Below are positions 27,120 through 39,827 of a DNA stretch of 64,000 nt, piece by piece. The position numbers were made by a program, and so were the translations under genes. How positions within the stretch are numbered: position 1 is the first letter of the stretch; every line of letters begins with the position of its first letter. The DNA comes from Octopus sinensis (Eukaryota): assembly GCF_006345805.1 (NCBI RefSeq), contig NC_042997.1, positions 32,922,001 through 32,986,000 of the forward strand, written 5' to 3'. The notes under the pieces are model-generated. The model was not told the origin of the DNA. It was given only the letters and a program-made list of their open reading frames with translations, and did not search any database.

Positions 27120-28459
27120 CAGTGGTTCTTAACCTTATTGAAAGTACTGAACTTTGAAGTTTCATCAGGGCATTCACTAAACCCGTTGTAACTGGAAAAA
27201 TAAAATATGATTTCTTCAAAACATAGGCATATATTTTATTGGTGTACAAAATGAACCATGCATCAGTTGCACACAAAATCACTGTGTTCAAAGAACAAAA
27301 CCAACAAAACATGAATTTCACACAAAAACATAACTCAATGAATATTTACTGCAAATAAATATGACTTTTGCTGCTGCCTTTCAGATACAAGTTCAGAAAT
27401 GTATGGCTTCACCTTGGCAAGTGCCTCTCTCATATCATTTTCACAACAAAGTCTGTTCCTTTTCTTAGTTTTCATGTCTACCATCCTCAAAAAGGATTGC
27501 TTGCAAAGATATGTTGTAACAAACAGTGTATCTCAAGGGCTTTCTTAGCCATAAGAGGGTTTGGTATGATTTGGTGGCACCAAAATGTTGACAGCATTGT
27601 TGTTCTGAAGAGTTGCTGTTGAAGCAGATTCTGCTGAAGTTCAATGATTTCATTAAGGCATTTATCATTGACATTTGCTGTCACAACAATGAACATGAAT
27701 GGCTGTCTCACCCATGCTGGATTTGTCTCTCTAGTGGGAAAATATCCACTGAGAGACTCTGTGAGCTCATCTAAGTGTATGGCAATTGCTTGTTTCAGCT
27801 CCCCAGGCACAGAAATGTTTCCAATTCCAGACACGTCTTTGATCTTACTTATGCAGTCATCCAGCAGAGGAAAGTTTGTGAAGTTATCATTCTCTGTTCA
27901 TTGATTCCATAAAGGTAACATTTTTAAAAAAATGCCTTCAGGTTTTCTTTGACTCCTCTCTGCCCTGCGTCTGTTGATTGAGATGATTGAGAACATAGAA
28001 AAATTGGCCAAAAATATTGCCAAAATGAGAATGAACTCAGAATATTTGAAGTAATTTGCATGATAATGTTGGTACTCTTGCAAAAACAGGGCTAATTCCA
28101 TATGCCTAACAAAAACACACTTCAGCACCTTTCCCCAGGATAACCACTGGAAGTTAGAATGGTACAGAAGCACCTCGAATTCAGAGTTCATTTCATTACA
28201 CATAAAAAGCACATTAAAAAGCATGTAAAAAAGCACGTAAAAAGCACCATTCAACCGTGGCTGTTTGCTAGCCCCGTCTGGCACCTGTGCTGGTGGCACG
28301 TAAAAAGCACCCACTACACTCACGAAGTGGTTGGCGTTAGGAAGGGCATCCACCCGTAGAAAAAAATTGCCAGATCAGACTGGGCCTGGTGCAGCCTTCT
28401 GGCTTCCCAGACCCCAGTTGAACCGTCCAGCCCATGCTAACATGGAAAGCGGACGCTAA

Positions 28460-28509
<50 letters not shown>

Positions 28510-29898
28510 CTCTTTGAAGGTGGGGTGCTTCATAGCACTATTTCGAATATAGTTCACACATTCAACTACAATTTTTAATACTTCTGCAAGTTTTGGAGGC
28601 AAGGTTTTTGTTGCCAGTGCATGCCTGTGCAGAACACAGTGCATAACAATGATGTGTGGTGCATTGGGTTTCACCAGTACTCCTAAACCAGAGTGTTGTC
28701 CCAGTATAGCTGGAGCTCCATCTGAACAAACTGTAAAAACCATATTCCATGAAAGCCCGTTGTCTCTGAAGAAATCAGCCACAAGTTTCTTCACATTGGT
28801 TGTCTTGGTTGTTGTTGTAAGAGGCTTACAGAATAAAACATATTCCTTTATCGTGTCGCCTTTCACATAGTGCACGAATGCAACAAGTTGACTTAGATTG
28901 GAAACGTTGACAGCCTTGTCAAGTAGGAAGCTGAATTTTACTGGGCTTGAAATCAGATCTGCAAATACTTGAGCAAGAATGTCATCACTCATGGTGCATA
29001 TTCTGCTGCTTATAGTGACATTTGAAAGAGGAATTTGGGTTAACTAATCTTCAGCAGCTTTTCCCAGTTTGATATTCGCCATCTTCAATACATCAGGTTT
29101 TATGAATTTTTCGTTAATGGTGTGTGGTTTACCCTGCTTTGCAATCAGGTACCCAACTTTGTATAATGCTGTGAGGATCATTTTTTTGATAAGTACAAAG
29201 CCAAGAACAGGCAGAGTAGCCTTTTCATTGAATCTGGCTCTCTTCAATTTCTTGAATTCAGCAAGTATTGTGTTCTCGTATTTCCCATCTCCATGCAGCT
29301 TTAGGAAGTGTTCCCTTAGTTTTGCTGGTGCTAGACTAGAATTTCTCAACTTGGCATTACAAATCATGCATTGAGGACGCTGACTCCCATCCCATTCCTT
29401 TATACACTTGAATCTACAGCACAGATATCAAAGCCAAGTGATGTGGTATGATAAGCTGCAGCCAATGATGGTCAAGCAGAGTGATGTCATGAATAATATG
29501 CGTAGTCTGAATGAAACGGACACCCACACATAAGACTGGGCAAATTTTCTCCTTTGTTCAAAACGCATTTAAAAGTTTTCTATCTATTTATGAATTAATA
29601 TTTTAAAATTAAATTTTATATTGTTATCGTAATTTATCTTTTAATAAACTAGTTTATCATGGAAATTTATTTTGTGTCACAAATTTTTACTAAACAACTA
29701 AATATTTGTAATCTAACACAGTGAAGGAAAATTGTGTTGCCAAATTGCTGACAGATGATTTTTTGACAGCTGACAAAAATGGCCCGACATTGCTGGTGTG
29801 AACTGGGCTATACTATGTGTGTCTTGACCCCAGCTGAACCCCTCAGATTGACTCAATGAACCCCTGGGGTCCAATTGAACGCAGGTTAAGAACCACTG
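27120..29898 (-). mobile_element. Buster/Charlie-family hAT DNA transposon with decayed ZBED5/ZBED8-like transposase
   Basis: Perfect 16-bp TIR CAGTGGTTCTTAACCT (27120-27135, 29883-29898); 8-bp TSD ATCTAGAT (27112-27119, 29899-29906); peptides PQCMIC..KLREHF..H, KPHTI, CSDGAPA, HCVLHRHAL; multiple frameshifts. Confidence 0.95.
28200..28508 (+). mobile_element. RTE-tail element nested in the hAT transposase
   Basis: Near-identical to 1553-1838; (GAT)n tail. Confidence 0.88.
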
Positions 29899-30049
29899 AT
29901 CTAGATACTCCTTGAGGTAATCAATATTCTGCAATACTTTGATAAATTCTGAATGGATCTTTTATCTTTTACTTGTTTCAGTCCTTAGAATATAGTGTAC
30001 ACTCAAGTGAAATTCCTCTCTCACCCTTATTATATATACGTGCATTCGA

Positions 30050-31215
30050 ATGTAGCAGGTAACAGCTTGCCTTTGGCTGCTATTTGGATCCTGTTGCGTC
30101 CACTACTCTGATTGGTTGGTATTGGCACAATTTGTCTCTTAATCTGTCGCGCCAATTTGCTGCATATAACCAATCAGGGCCTTTAAATATGATCATGTGA
30201 GACAGCCTGTTTTCAACCCAGTTTTGAGCCTACAGCTCCTTATAAAAACCCAGCTTCTCCTCATCTCAAGGTCTTCCGGTTCTAGACCTTTTTAGGTCTC
30301 ACCACTGATCACACAAGACAGCCAATTCCAGCAATAATACCACAGCAGCTATGTTGAGACTTACCAACTTCGTCCAGCTGCATTACGGCAACCTCTGTTA
30401 CCTTGCATCACACGGTCTTTAGAAATGGGTGACCTGACTTCGAACACGCATTCCTTTCCATAGTTCAGTGCCAGCTTTAATTTTACTTAATTACCAACTC
30501 TTCTTTCTAATTTCACCGCTTCACTACAGATATATCTTCTTTGTATCATCCATTTTGTCTCCCAGCTTCGTTTCGGGGTCTTTCAGTTCCAGACCTTTTT
30601 AGGTCTAGCCAGACCACACAAGACACAGCCAGTTCCAGTGACGACACCACAGCAGCCACATTCAGACTTACCAACTTTGTCCAACAGCATCATGGCAATC
30701 TCTCTCTTTGTCCCCACCATCATCTCAATGTCGTCAACTTCATCTCTCTACATACACAGCTCAACAGGCAACTCACCCAAGGTTCCAACACTTCACTGTT
30801 TGTGAATTACTTTACCATGGATCAACAGTGAATATACAACCTGCAAGAACTCTTGTATCAAGTGACCTAGGAAGCAGCATCACAGCTACAACCTCATGTA
30901 CGACATGTACCGGCAACCGGCTCAGCATCATGGTCGCAACTTCTTGATACTGTATTTCAACCACCATGTACAATTGACCACGAATTGGTATTCTCATTTT
31001 TGTGTCTATGAACTTCTCCCTTCGATGGCTGTAGACTCTTTCACTGTCTACTTCATTGCCGTTCTTATATGTTCTTCACATGTGCACACATCTATGCTTA
31101 CACACACTCATACATACATTTGTTCTCATGATGGTCTGTCTATTATTCTGTATACATGACGCACACACATGTTTACATATCAATAAATCTTCTCTTAACC
31201 ATTCTTCTTGTTTGT
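30050..31215 (+). other. Possible LTR-like segment with promoter-like motifs and internal duplication
   Basis: CTGATTGG/CCAATCAG boxes, TATAAAA at 30241, ~125-bp repeat at 30270-30395 and 30577-30700, AATAAA near 31182. Confidence 0.35.
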
Positions 31216-31367
31216 GTCTCCTTTTTCTCTCTGGCATTTATATGTACTATTCATTTTATATTTATTGTATCGACTGTGTGATGTACCATGGGATGTAATA
31301 ACAGTTTCTGATTTAGGCACAAGGTCAGCAGTTTTAAAAGGAGAGTAAAGTCGATATCATTAATTCC

Positions 31368-31674
31368 AAACGTCCGGACCACTCGTACACTTATGTGCAG
31401 CTCATACAATCCTCTCCATACACTTTCTGCAACTTTGTGTACCTCTGAGCAGGTATTGCCATGACAACATTCTCTGTCATGGTCAATACGACGATCACAC
31501 ACTACACACCTTCCTTCCAAGCAGTGCTGTAAACAGCAGAAGTGAGCTAGGACGTTAAAACTTAGTGCGCATGCACAGCAGAGTTCAAGGACAATCTGTG
31601 CCAAGCAGCTTTACTTTGCGCGCTTTAGCTTCGTTACTATGGCAACCGTCCGGATACTTATTGATCATACCTCG
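31368..31674 (-). mobile_element. mariner-like 5' fragment (TIR plus N-terminal HTH)
   Basis: TA|CGAGGTATGATCAATAAGTATCCGGAC terminus; decayed peptide KLQKVYGEDCMS..VYEW..RF typical of Mos1-type HTH. Confidence 0.75.
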
Positions 31675-32142
31675 TATGTATGTGTATGCATGAATGCATG
31701 TTTGGGTGTGTGTATGTATGTATGCATGTGTCTACGCATGTATGCGTGCATGTATTTACATGTATAATGGAATGGGCCTCGCCACACATGCATGTGTTTA
31801 TATGTATGTGTTTGTCTCCCCACCATAGCTTCACAATCGGCGTTAGTTTGTTTACATCCCGTGACCTAACAGCTCCGCAAAAGAGACTAATAGAATATGC
31901 ACCAGATTTAGAAACAAAAATTAGTAGAAGTCTATTTTTTCTTTTTGGCAGCTTAATGACTGAAACGTTGTAAAAGATAAAAATAAGATATACAAGTACT
32001 GTAAAAATAGAAAATTTGGTAATAAATTACAAAACAAGTTGTAATAAAATATCAGCCAGTTCCAGAGGATTAACTTAATAACAGACCTGGAATAGTGCAA
32101 TTAAATAAAATCTTTGACAGTCGTGAAGATTACATAGATATT

Positions 32143-32533
32143 ACTCTTTTACTTGTTTCAGTCATTTGACTGCGGTAATGCTGGAGCACCGCCTTTAATC
32201 GAGCAACTCGACCCCGGGACTTATTCTTTTGTAAGCCCAGTACTTATTCTATCGGTCTCTTTTGCCGAACCGCTAAGTAACGGGGACATAAACACACCAG
32301 CATCGGTTGTCAAGCAATGCTAGGGGGACAAACACAGACGCACAAACACACACACACACATATATATATATATATGTATACGACGGGCTTCTTTCAGTTT
32401 TCGTCTACCAAATCCACTCACAAGGCATTGGTCAGCCCGAGGCTATAGTAGAAGACACTTGCCCAAGGTGCCACGCAGAAGGACTGAACCCGGAACCATG
32501 TGGTTGGTAGACAAGCTACTTACCACACAGCCA
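32143..32533 (-). mobile_element. SINE-A
   Basis: Homology to the other copies. Confidence 0.92.
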
Positions 32534-32864
32534 ATAATAATAATAATGATAAAAAGAATAAATAAAAAAGAAAAAAAAACACCGCAGCGGCTTCTCAAGG
32601 CAAAATACTGCGTAAATGCAAACAAAGGGACATAATTCACATTGACTAAGGGGCGTGATTCTCGACATCAAAAATAAAACCATCACACCTCAGCCAAGGA
32701 TGTTCTCAGCGTATGTTTTACCTGTCACGTAGCGATACCTTAAAACGTAATGCTTTTATTTATATCTCTCATGTCTTTATATATGTTTTAGTTGAAGTTG
32801 TTGTAAAATTTCAGATAGCTATATTCGATGATCGTTAATTTTTCTATTATGATTTCTTAAAAAA

Positions 32865-34316
32865 ATATTTGTTTCTTAATTGTTGTTGTTAATTTCTATA
32901 TGTTATTTCTGATAGTTTCAACGAAGAGGTATTTTGTTAATTACGATCATGAAGAAGATAGTTCAAATGTAAAAAAAAGTCAGTGTTTAGAAAATGTGTT
33001 GCACTTTATGCTCCTTCGAGTTACCTGTGCTAAAAAGCATACAAAGCACCTGTTGTTAAGAACTAATTAATATCGAGCCAACAAGGTAGCCTTTGGACGG
33101 AAAATTGACCTGCTAGAAATGGCAGCGAAATCTCATAAATCATTTCGCCTTGATAAAATAAAGGACGCATCTGATAATGTAGGCATGCATACTGCCGAAA
33201 AGGAGACAGTAGTAGCTGCTACATTTTAATCAATCAAAGGTTAGATCTGACCTGATCGAGCAGACCAACCGAATCGAACTAATCGAAATGTTCTATATGT
33301 CTCATTGTTGACAAACGCCAGTTCATTCACACACGCACTGACTCACATTTTTGCGCTTAAAAATAAGTAATATATTTTATCCTCTTTTCTTTTTTTTTTA
33401 TGCTGGACTATAAATGGTAACCCATGCTTCCAGTGTTGACCCTGATTTTCATACTGAATTAACCTGCGTTATACGCGTGCAAATAAGGTAATGTGTGTGA
33501 GTATGCGTGTGTGCACTGGTGCGTGTATTGCTGTTTACATGATATTTTTAATGGGGCAACGATTCTAAGTCTATTTTCGTTCTTTTCAGTTGTTGCTATT
33601 GTTTAGCCCCAGGTCAGCCTTGGTCAACCACTCCTTCGTTTTCTTATGTGCAGGGAGCCCAAGATCACATTGTCCCACTCGTTTTCCCTAAGCCGGTTAG
33701 GTGTAATTAGAAGGGATTCAACTGCTATCTCTAACAAGATAAACTACCATAGAGAAAGCTCTCTCGTTGGCTTGTTGCCTTCATTTTTGTAAGTTTGGTA
33801 GCACAACGAAACATGACTTTTTTTTTTTTCAAACAATAAATTTATTTCTATTTTTACATCTCACGTGTTTACTACTCAATTTTAAAATCTACGACTGTAA
33901 ACAAAAACTTTTTCCTTATCCACTTAAAATTCAGTCAGTTAAGGAGAATTGTTATCTCGAAAACCAGGCCTCAACTTTCGGTTACAAACTCTCAAATCAA
34001 CAAAGAAGCAAAGAATATATTCGATTGCTTACGAATTGTATGTTGTATTAACGACAAAAATGAAAAGAAAAACATATTTTTGTTATTTCCACATCTCAGT
34101 ACTTTTCAAATGCGTTTTTTGAACTTCGTACCTGTTTAGGTTAGAAGATATGAAATATTTGTTTCTTAATTGTTGTTTATTTCTATATGTTATTACTGAT
34201 ATTTTCAACGAAGAGGTATTTTGTTAATTACGATCATGAAGAAGATAGTTCAAATGTAAAAAGTCAGTGTTTAGAAAATGTGTTGCACTTTATGCTCTTT
34301 CGAGTTACCTGTGCTA
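32865..34316 (+). repeat. ~165-bp direct repeat pair (32865-33031 and 34155-34316)
   Basis: ATATTTGTTTCTTAATTG...CGAGTTACCTGTGCTA occurs twice. Confidence 0.88.
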
Positions 34317-34616
34317 TCATTTTTTAGATATTTTTCTTAATATAATTTGCATTCAGGTCCTGGGCAAAAAATAAATAAATAGAAAATAACTCTTTCTACG
34401 ACATTCATTACACACACACAAAGCTGCGATAATCCTCTTGTGAAAAATAATACTGTGAGTCATACTATCTCTCCATTTAATCATTTGATACATGTAAAAT
34501 AGTAATTAACTGAATGAAAAGAACAAGCATGTCACTTTTTGCTCAAGTAGAAATTACACAAGCACTAACTTTGTTCGTTTTATCTATCATAACTACTACT
34601 ACTACCACCACTAAAT

Positions 34617-34825
34617 GTGATGCGCAATGGCCCAGTGGTTAGGGCAGCGGACTCGCGGTCGTAGGATCGCGGTTTCGATCCCTGACCGAGTGTTGTGAGA
34701 GTTTATTGAGTCAAAACACCACACTTTCTTCCTGTTTCTGTTGTACCCGTCTGTGGAGTGCTCAGCCACTTGCATGTTAATTTCACGAGCAAGCTGTTCT
34801 GTTGATAGGATCAACTGGAAACTTC
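34617..34825 (+). mobile_element. Internally deleted SINE-C
   Basis: GCGCAATGGCCCAGTGGTTAGGGCAGCGGACTCGCGG head. Confidence 0.85.
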
Positions 34826-34849
34826 GCCGAGGTTGACTTCTGCTTTCAT

Positions 34850-35170
34850 ATTTCTGAAGGCACGGGCTCTGGCTTGGATTAATATCCCCTCAGTTTTGGA
34901 GCCGTCGGGGTTATCTAGAGACCAGATAGTCTTACCCACATCTGGATACTGCAGTTATGGGAGGGTTACTGCTTCCGTAGCTGAACGGGAAAAAAAACCC
35001 CTGAAGTATCGGGACCTTACAGTGAACTAACCGCGAAGTTCTTATCATCGTTAGCAGCTCGCCTCACCGAGGTGTCAGGTGATGCCCGTGAGGGCGCTTG
35101 GCTTTCCCAACTCCTTAGCCTCGCCCGTGGTAATGCTGCGAGCATGCTGGCTTGCTTCAGGGGTTCCGTT
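34850..35170 (+). mobile_element. CRE-like (restriction-like endonuclease) non-LTR retrotransposon C-terminal remnant
   Basis: Frameshifted ARALAW..AERE(KK)..KYRDL..LAARLTEVSGDAREGAWLSQLLSLARGNAASML; a RGNAAS-type terminus. Confidence 0.6.
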
Positions 35171-35861
35171 AAACCTTGTGGTGTGCGACAAGTTACTGTT
35201 GTAAGAAAAAAAAATCCCACGAATGGTTTCAATACAGTTTTAACTGAGAGATTTGGAAGAGTTAAGTGAAAGTTTCCCATGTAATTTTCTTTCATACAAA
35301 TAAATTCTTTTATTCTTTTACTTGTTTCAGTCATTTGATTGTGGCCTTCCTGGAGCAACGCCTTTAGTTGAATACATCGACCTAAGGACTTTGTAAGCTT
35401 TGTTAAGCTATACTCAAACAAACTAGTGGAAACAAGAATATATTTACGAAAGGTTTATTAATTAACGTATATCAGGGCTTAAGTCGCCAGTTATTTCTGT
35501 TTAGTTAATTCAGATTCATTTAACGCTCACTGCTAACATTTTATTTCTCTTCTCCCCACGGAAGTCGAACTCCCTAGCTAGCCCGCAGCGACGTTCCTGT
35601 TAACAGTTCGTCTGTCATGAATCTTGCCTACACTGGTACTTATTCTATCGGTGTTTTTTGCCGCATCGCTAAGTTACGGGGACTTAGACACACCAACATC
35701 AGCTGTCAAGCGATGGTGGGGAGTATATATGAAAATAAAAAGAATGAAAAGCACATTATGTCAAATTGACAAAGAAAAGAAAGTTGAATCCCCTCTCTCG
35801 AAATTTCAGGTCTTGTACCTATAGCAGAAAGAATTATTATTATTAGGGTTAGGGTTAGTGA

Positions 35862-36097
35862 CAGGATGTTGTCTCAGTTTTAGACGCAGCAAATGATTTT
35901 AGCTCAATAGAGGCCATAGGATTGGTTAAAATTCGAAAAATTAAACTACGTTAAACTTACAAATTACAATTTTCTCAAGAAAGCCAAGAGAAAAAAAATG
36001 TTTTATTTTGACACATTCTACCAGTATACGAAGTTTAAAAGTGTTTAGTTAACTAGAAATTGTGTTGAAAACTGCCATTCAAAAGGAAAAGATCCTG
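35862..36097. mobile_element. Possible MITE
   Basis: Imperfect short TIR CAGGATGTTGTC / GAAAAGATCCTG; no clear TSD. Confidence 0.4.
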
Positions 36098-36727
36098 TTT
36101 TTCTTTATTAGCTCTCTACAGGTTTGCTTTGTCTTATGTTGCAGTTATTTATCATATACAGCTCTGCTAAGTCTATATATGAATTATATATTTATATAAG
36201 AACACATAACCCCCAGATCCTCATTTTATTCGAGATTTTCCTGTGGCTACCTTGCCAACGAATTTCCTTTGGCCATTGAGATTGTTTCCATTAAAAGACA
36301 AAAGTTTAGTTTTCAAAATAAAGGTATTTGTATTGTAGTGTTACATATTGTATTTGGTACACACTAGTATAGTTACTGTGTTTTAACTAATTATCTTTTA
36401 AAATGTAGATGTTTGTGTTGTGATATTTATGTAAATTCAAAAGAATGAATTTAAATTGAATCAAATATCCCCTGCTGTCAAGCCAGCTTTTCTAACCAAA
36501 CAACTGATATACAGAAAACGAACATGACTTGAGAATATCTTCTTGATCAAGCTAATTAATTCAATTGGTGACTATTCAAAAGACAGTCAAACAATTGCGG
36601 TCAAATTTATACATAGTATGGGAGTTTGGTCATGTGGTAACTTCGTTATTCTAAGATACTAGATGTCTTAGTGTAAGGTGTTTCAATCCTATGTAACCGC
36701 ATCCCTGACTTTCTCATCTATTCTTCA

Positions 36728-36798
36728 AATGGCGGTGTCCCAGCATGGCCACAGCTTGTGAGCTGAAACTAGATAAAAAAAAAAATAAATAAATAAAT
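36728..36798 (+). mobile_element. Isolated 3' tail of the CR1-group LINE seen at 19040
   Basis: GGCGGTGTCCCAGCATGGCCACAGCTTGTGAGCTGAAACTAGATAAAA. Confidence 0.75.
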
Positions 36799-36816
36799 AG
36801 CTGCACTACTGTTTTT

Positions 36817-38165
36817 GTAGGTTTCACATTGAAACCATCCTCATAGCAAGATTAGGTATCTACATGCAATACGTTTATGTCATATGGGAACTTGAGGGTA
36901 CATTCTGGCACCTCATCAGTACCATCTTTATCTTCCCGCTACTCTCACCCACCATCATATAATTCAGGGTAGCCATATGAGATGTCATCGGGTGTACCAC
37001 AGGGATCTGTCCTTGGCCCCCTCTTGTTTGTGGCATACATTAACGACATAGATGCCAATTTAAAGAATGCCACAGTATTGAAATATGCAGACGACATCAA
37101 GCTGTACCTTGAAATCAGAGGACAGATCCTGATGTCTACAACTCTTTCCTGCAATCAGACCTAGACACAATGCAGCAATGGATCACAGACTGGCAACTGA
37201 AACTGGCTGTGGACAAGTGTACCACCATGCATTTTGGGAGAAAAAACCCTGCGTTCACATACTCCCTCCACAACACTGATATCAAGAAATCCTCTTGCGA
37301 GCGTGACCTAGGCATCACTGTCAGCAGTGATCTGCGTTGGTCAAAGCATATCTCTAAGATTGTCAGGAAGGCCGAGGGTGTCTTGGCATCACTCAGCAGG
37401 TCTTTTGTTAGCCGCTCTCCAGCCATCTATTTAAAACTGTATACAGCTATGGTACGACCACACTTGGAATTCGCATCATCAGTTTGGAACCCCTATCTTG
37501 CTCAGAACATTGACCTCCTGGAATCTGTCCAGAGACGTGCAACCAAACGCATACCCTCCATCAGACACCTACCATATTCTGAGCGCCTTGTTTCCCTGGG
37601 CATGGATTCACTGAAGCTCCGGCGTTTGGCGACGGACTTGGTAAACACCCACAAAGTTATCAACCACCTCACCAACAACAACACTGAACACCTTTTTGAT
37701 CTCCATGTGTCTAACACACGTGGACATGCCTACAAAGTCAGAAAACAATACAGCTCCCATGACTTTCAGAAACATTTTTTCATGCTCAGAGTTGCTGAAG
37801 CATGGAATAAACTGCCTGCGTCAGTTGTTGACTGCCATGACACTGCATCTTTTAAGGCCCTCATGCTTTCCGAAATCCGCCGAAACTTCACCTGATTATA
37901 TATACACTTTAGATGAGTTGTAGTGCACCTGAGCACTGTACACAATTATTATTATTATTATTATTATTATTTCCTCTCTAGCGAGACACCTGTGTTTGTC
38001 CTATCATATTTTAACCTCCAACACCTAACATAAAACCACATCCTCTTTCTTATATACACTCCTACTTAGGTGAGGCGACTTTTTTCCTTCCTTTTGTTTT
38101 CTTTATCTTACAATTTGGTGTCACAAAGAAAAAAAAAACACCCAGTACACATTGTAAAGTGGCTT
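36817..38165. repeat. Dispersed repeat split by a LINE insertion; homolog at 57130-57655
   Basis: 36817-36977 plus 37971-38165 align to 57130-57450 plus 57615-57655. Confidence 0.85.
36978..37970 (+). mobile_element. 5'-truncated CR1-clade LINE (RT C-terminal half)
   Basis: [48 protein letters not shown]; one frameshift; (ATT)n tail. Confidence 0.95.
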
Positions 38166-38662
38166 TTTTATTTTTATTTTCAGAGTCACTTCTCATTTGT
38201 ATAACAAACTGAAATGGATTTACATGTTCCTGTTGTGTTTATATAGGTTTGTATTTTAATGTATGTGTGTACACTCACACTCATGCATGTAAAACTAATC
38301 TATGTATATCTTTGGGCAGTATTCGTTATGATGACAGCTAGGCCAGGTGGTGTTAAATTAGGTGGCAGCTTAAATCTACCACCCAAGCTGATAAACTTAA
38401 TATGGCTAAGTTATGTCGTTTCCGTCTTAGTATTCAATATCTCCAGATGGCTCTATACTTGTTCACGACCTTAGCATTTCACTTTCAATGGCTTTATCCA
38501 TGAAAGTATGGAAACACTGTATATTAACAAGTGCTTTTGTCAGCTTTCAAGTGCTCAGTTCAAATCATAGTATGGTCTATGAGTAACTCAGGTAAATCTT
38601 TACAGGGTGATTCTGTACCAAAATATCTTCAAAATTTGTAACATGTCATCTTTAATAACTTA

Positions 38663-39046
38663 GTGGAGGCGCAATGGCCCAGTGGTTAGGGCAGCGGACT
38701 CGCGGTCGGAGGATCGCGGTTTCGATTCCCAGACCAGGCATTGTGAGTGTTTATTGAGCGAAAACACCTAAAGCTCCACGAAGCTCCGGCAGGGGGTGGT
38801 GGTGAACCCTGCTGTACTCTTTCACCACAACTTTCTCTCGCTCTTTCTTCCTGTTTCTCTTGTACCTGTATTTCAAAGGGCCAGCCCTGTCACATTCTGT
38901 GTGTCACGCTGAATCTCCTCGAGAACTATGTTAAGGGTACACGTGTTTGTGGAGTGCTCAGCCACTTGCACGTTAATATCACGAGCAAGCTGTTCCGTTG
39001 ATCGTATCAGCTGGGATCCTCATCGTCGCAACCGACGGAGTGCTCC
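38663..39046 (+). mobile_element. SINE family C, full length, 13-bp TSD
   Basis: A box TGGCCCAGTGG, B box GGTTTCGATTCCC; TSD CTTTAATAACTTA at 38650-38662 and 39052-39064. Confidence 0.93.
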
Positions 39047-39598
39047 TATACCTTTAATAACTTAAACCAGTGAAAGACAATACAAAATAGTATTTACTTT
39101 TGATCTTTCAAACTACTGCTTTTCATTTATTTGTGTAAAGAGAGTATCTCTGTAGTAACTGTTTCAAACTTTGGCACAAGGCCAGCAATTTTGAGCGGAG
39201 GCTGGCAAATTAATTATGTCAACCCCAGTAATTGATTGGTAGTTATGTTGATTATGAAAAGATGAAAGGCAAAATCAACCTTGCTGAAATTTGAACTCAG
39301 AACGTAATGAGCTGGAAGAAATGCTGCTAAGCATTTTGTCTGATGTGTTAATGATTCTGCCAGCTCACTGCTTCAAGTATCTCTGTAATAATGGCATTAG
39401 TCCAAAGATTTGATACTCTTTACTCTTTTACTCTTTTACTTGTTTCAGTCATTTGACTGTGGCCATGCTGGAGCACCGCCTTTGTAAGCCCAGTACTTAT
39501 TTTATCGGTCTCTTTTGCCGAACCGCTAAGTGACGGGGACGTAAACACACCAGCATCAATTGTCAAGCAATGCTAGGGGGACAAACACAGACACACAA

Positions 39599-39651
<53 letters not shown>

Positions 39652-39787
39652 AGAAAATAGTAAAGTGTGAAAAAACGACAGAAGGCTTAAATGTTAAAAA
39701 ATATATATATTTGTGTCAAAATGTCTGGAGAATATTGGAAAAATTTTTTTTCCTTTCCTTAAAATGACATAATTTTTAAAATTTTTA

Positions 39788-39827
39788 AAGAAATTACCGG
39801 TTTCGCGTGTAGCTTTTCAAATTTCTT
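39788..39827 (-). ncRNA. Minimal hammerhead motif, U3-A8 variant, in the PLE terminal repeat
   Basis: Reverse complement of 43447-43486. Confidence 0.7.

Noticed and set aside
35843-35858. TTAGGG repeats as a telomere
   Set aside because: Only 2-3 units, interstitial
38663-38737. tRNA-like sequence as a real tRNA gene
   Set aside because: It is the head of multicopy SINE-C and continues into a SINE body with a TSD; acceptor stem is poor
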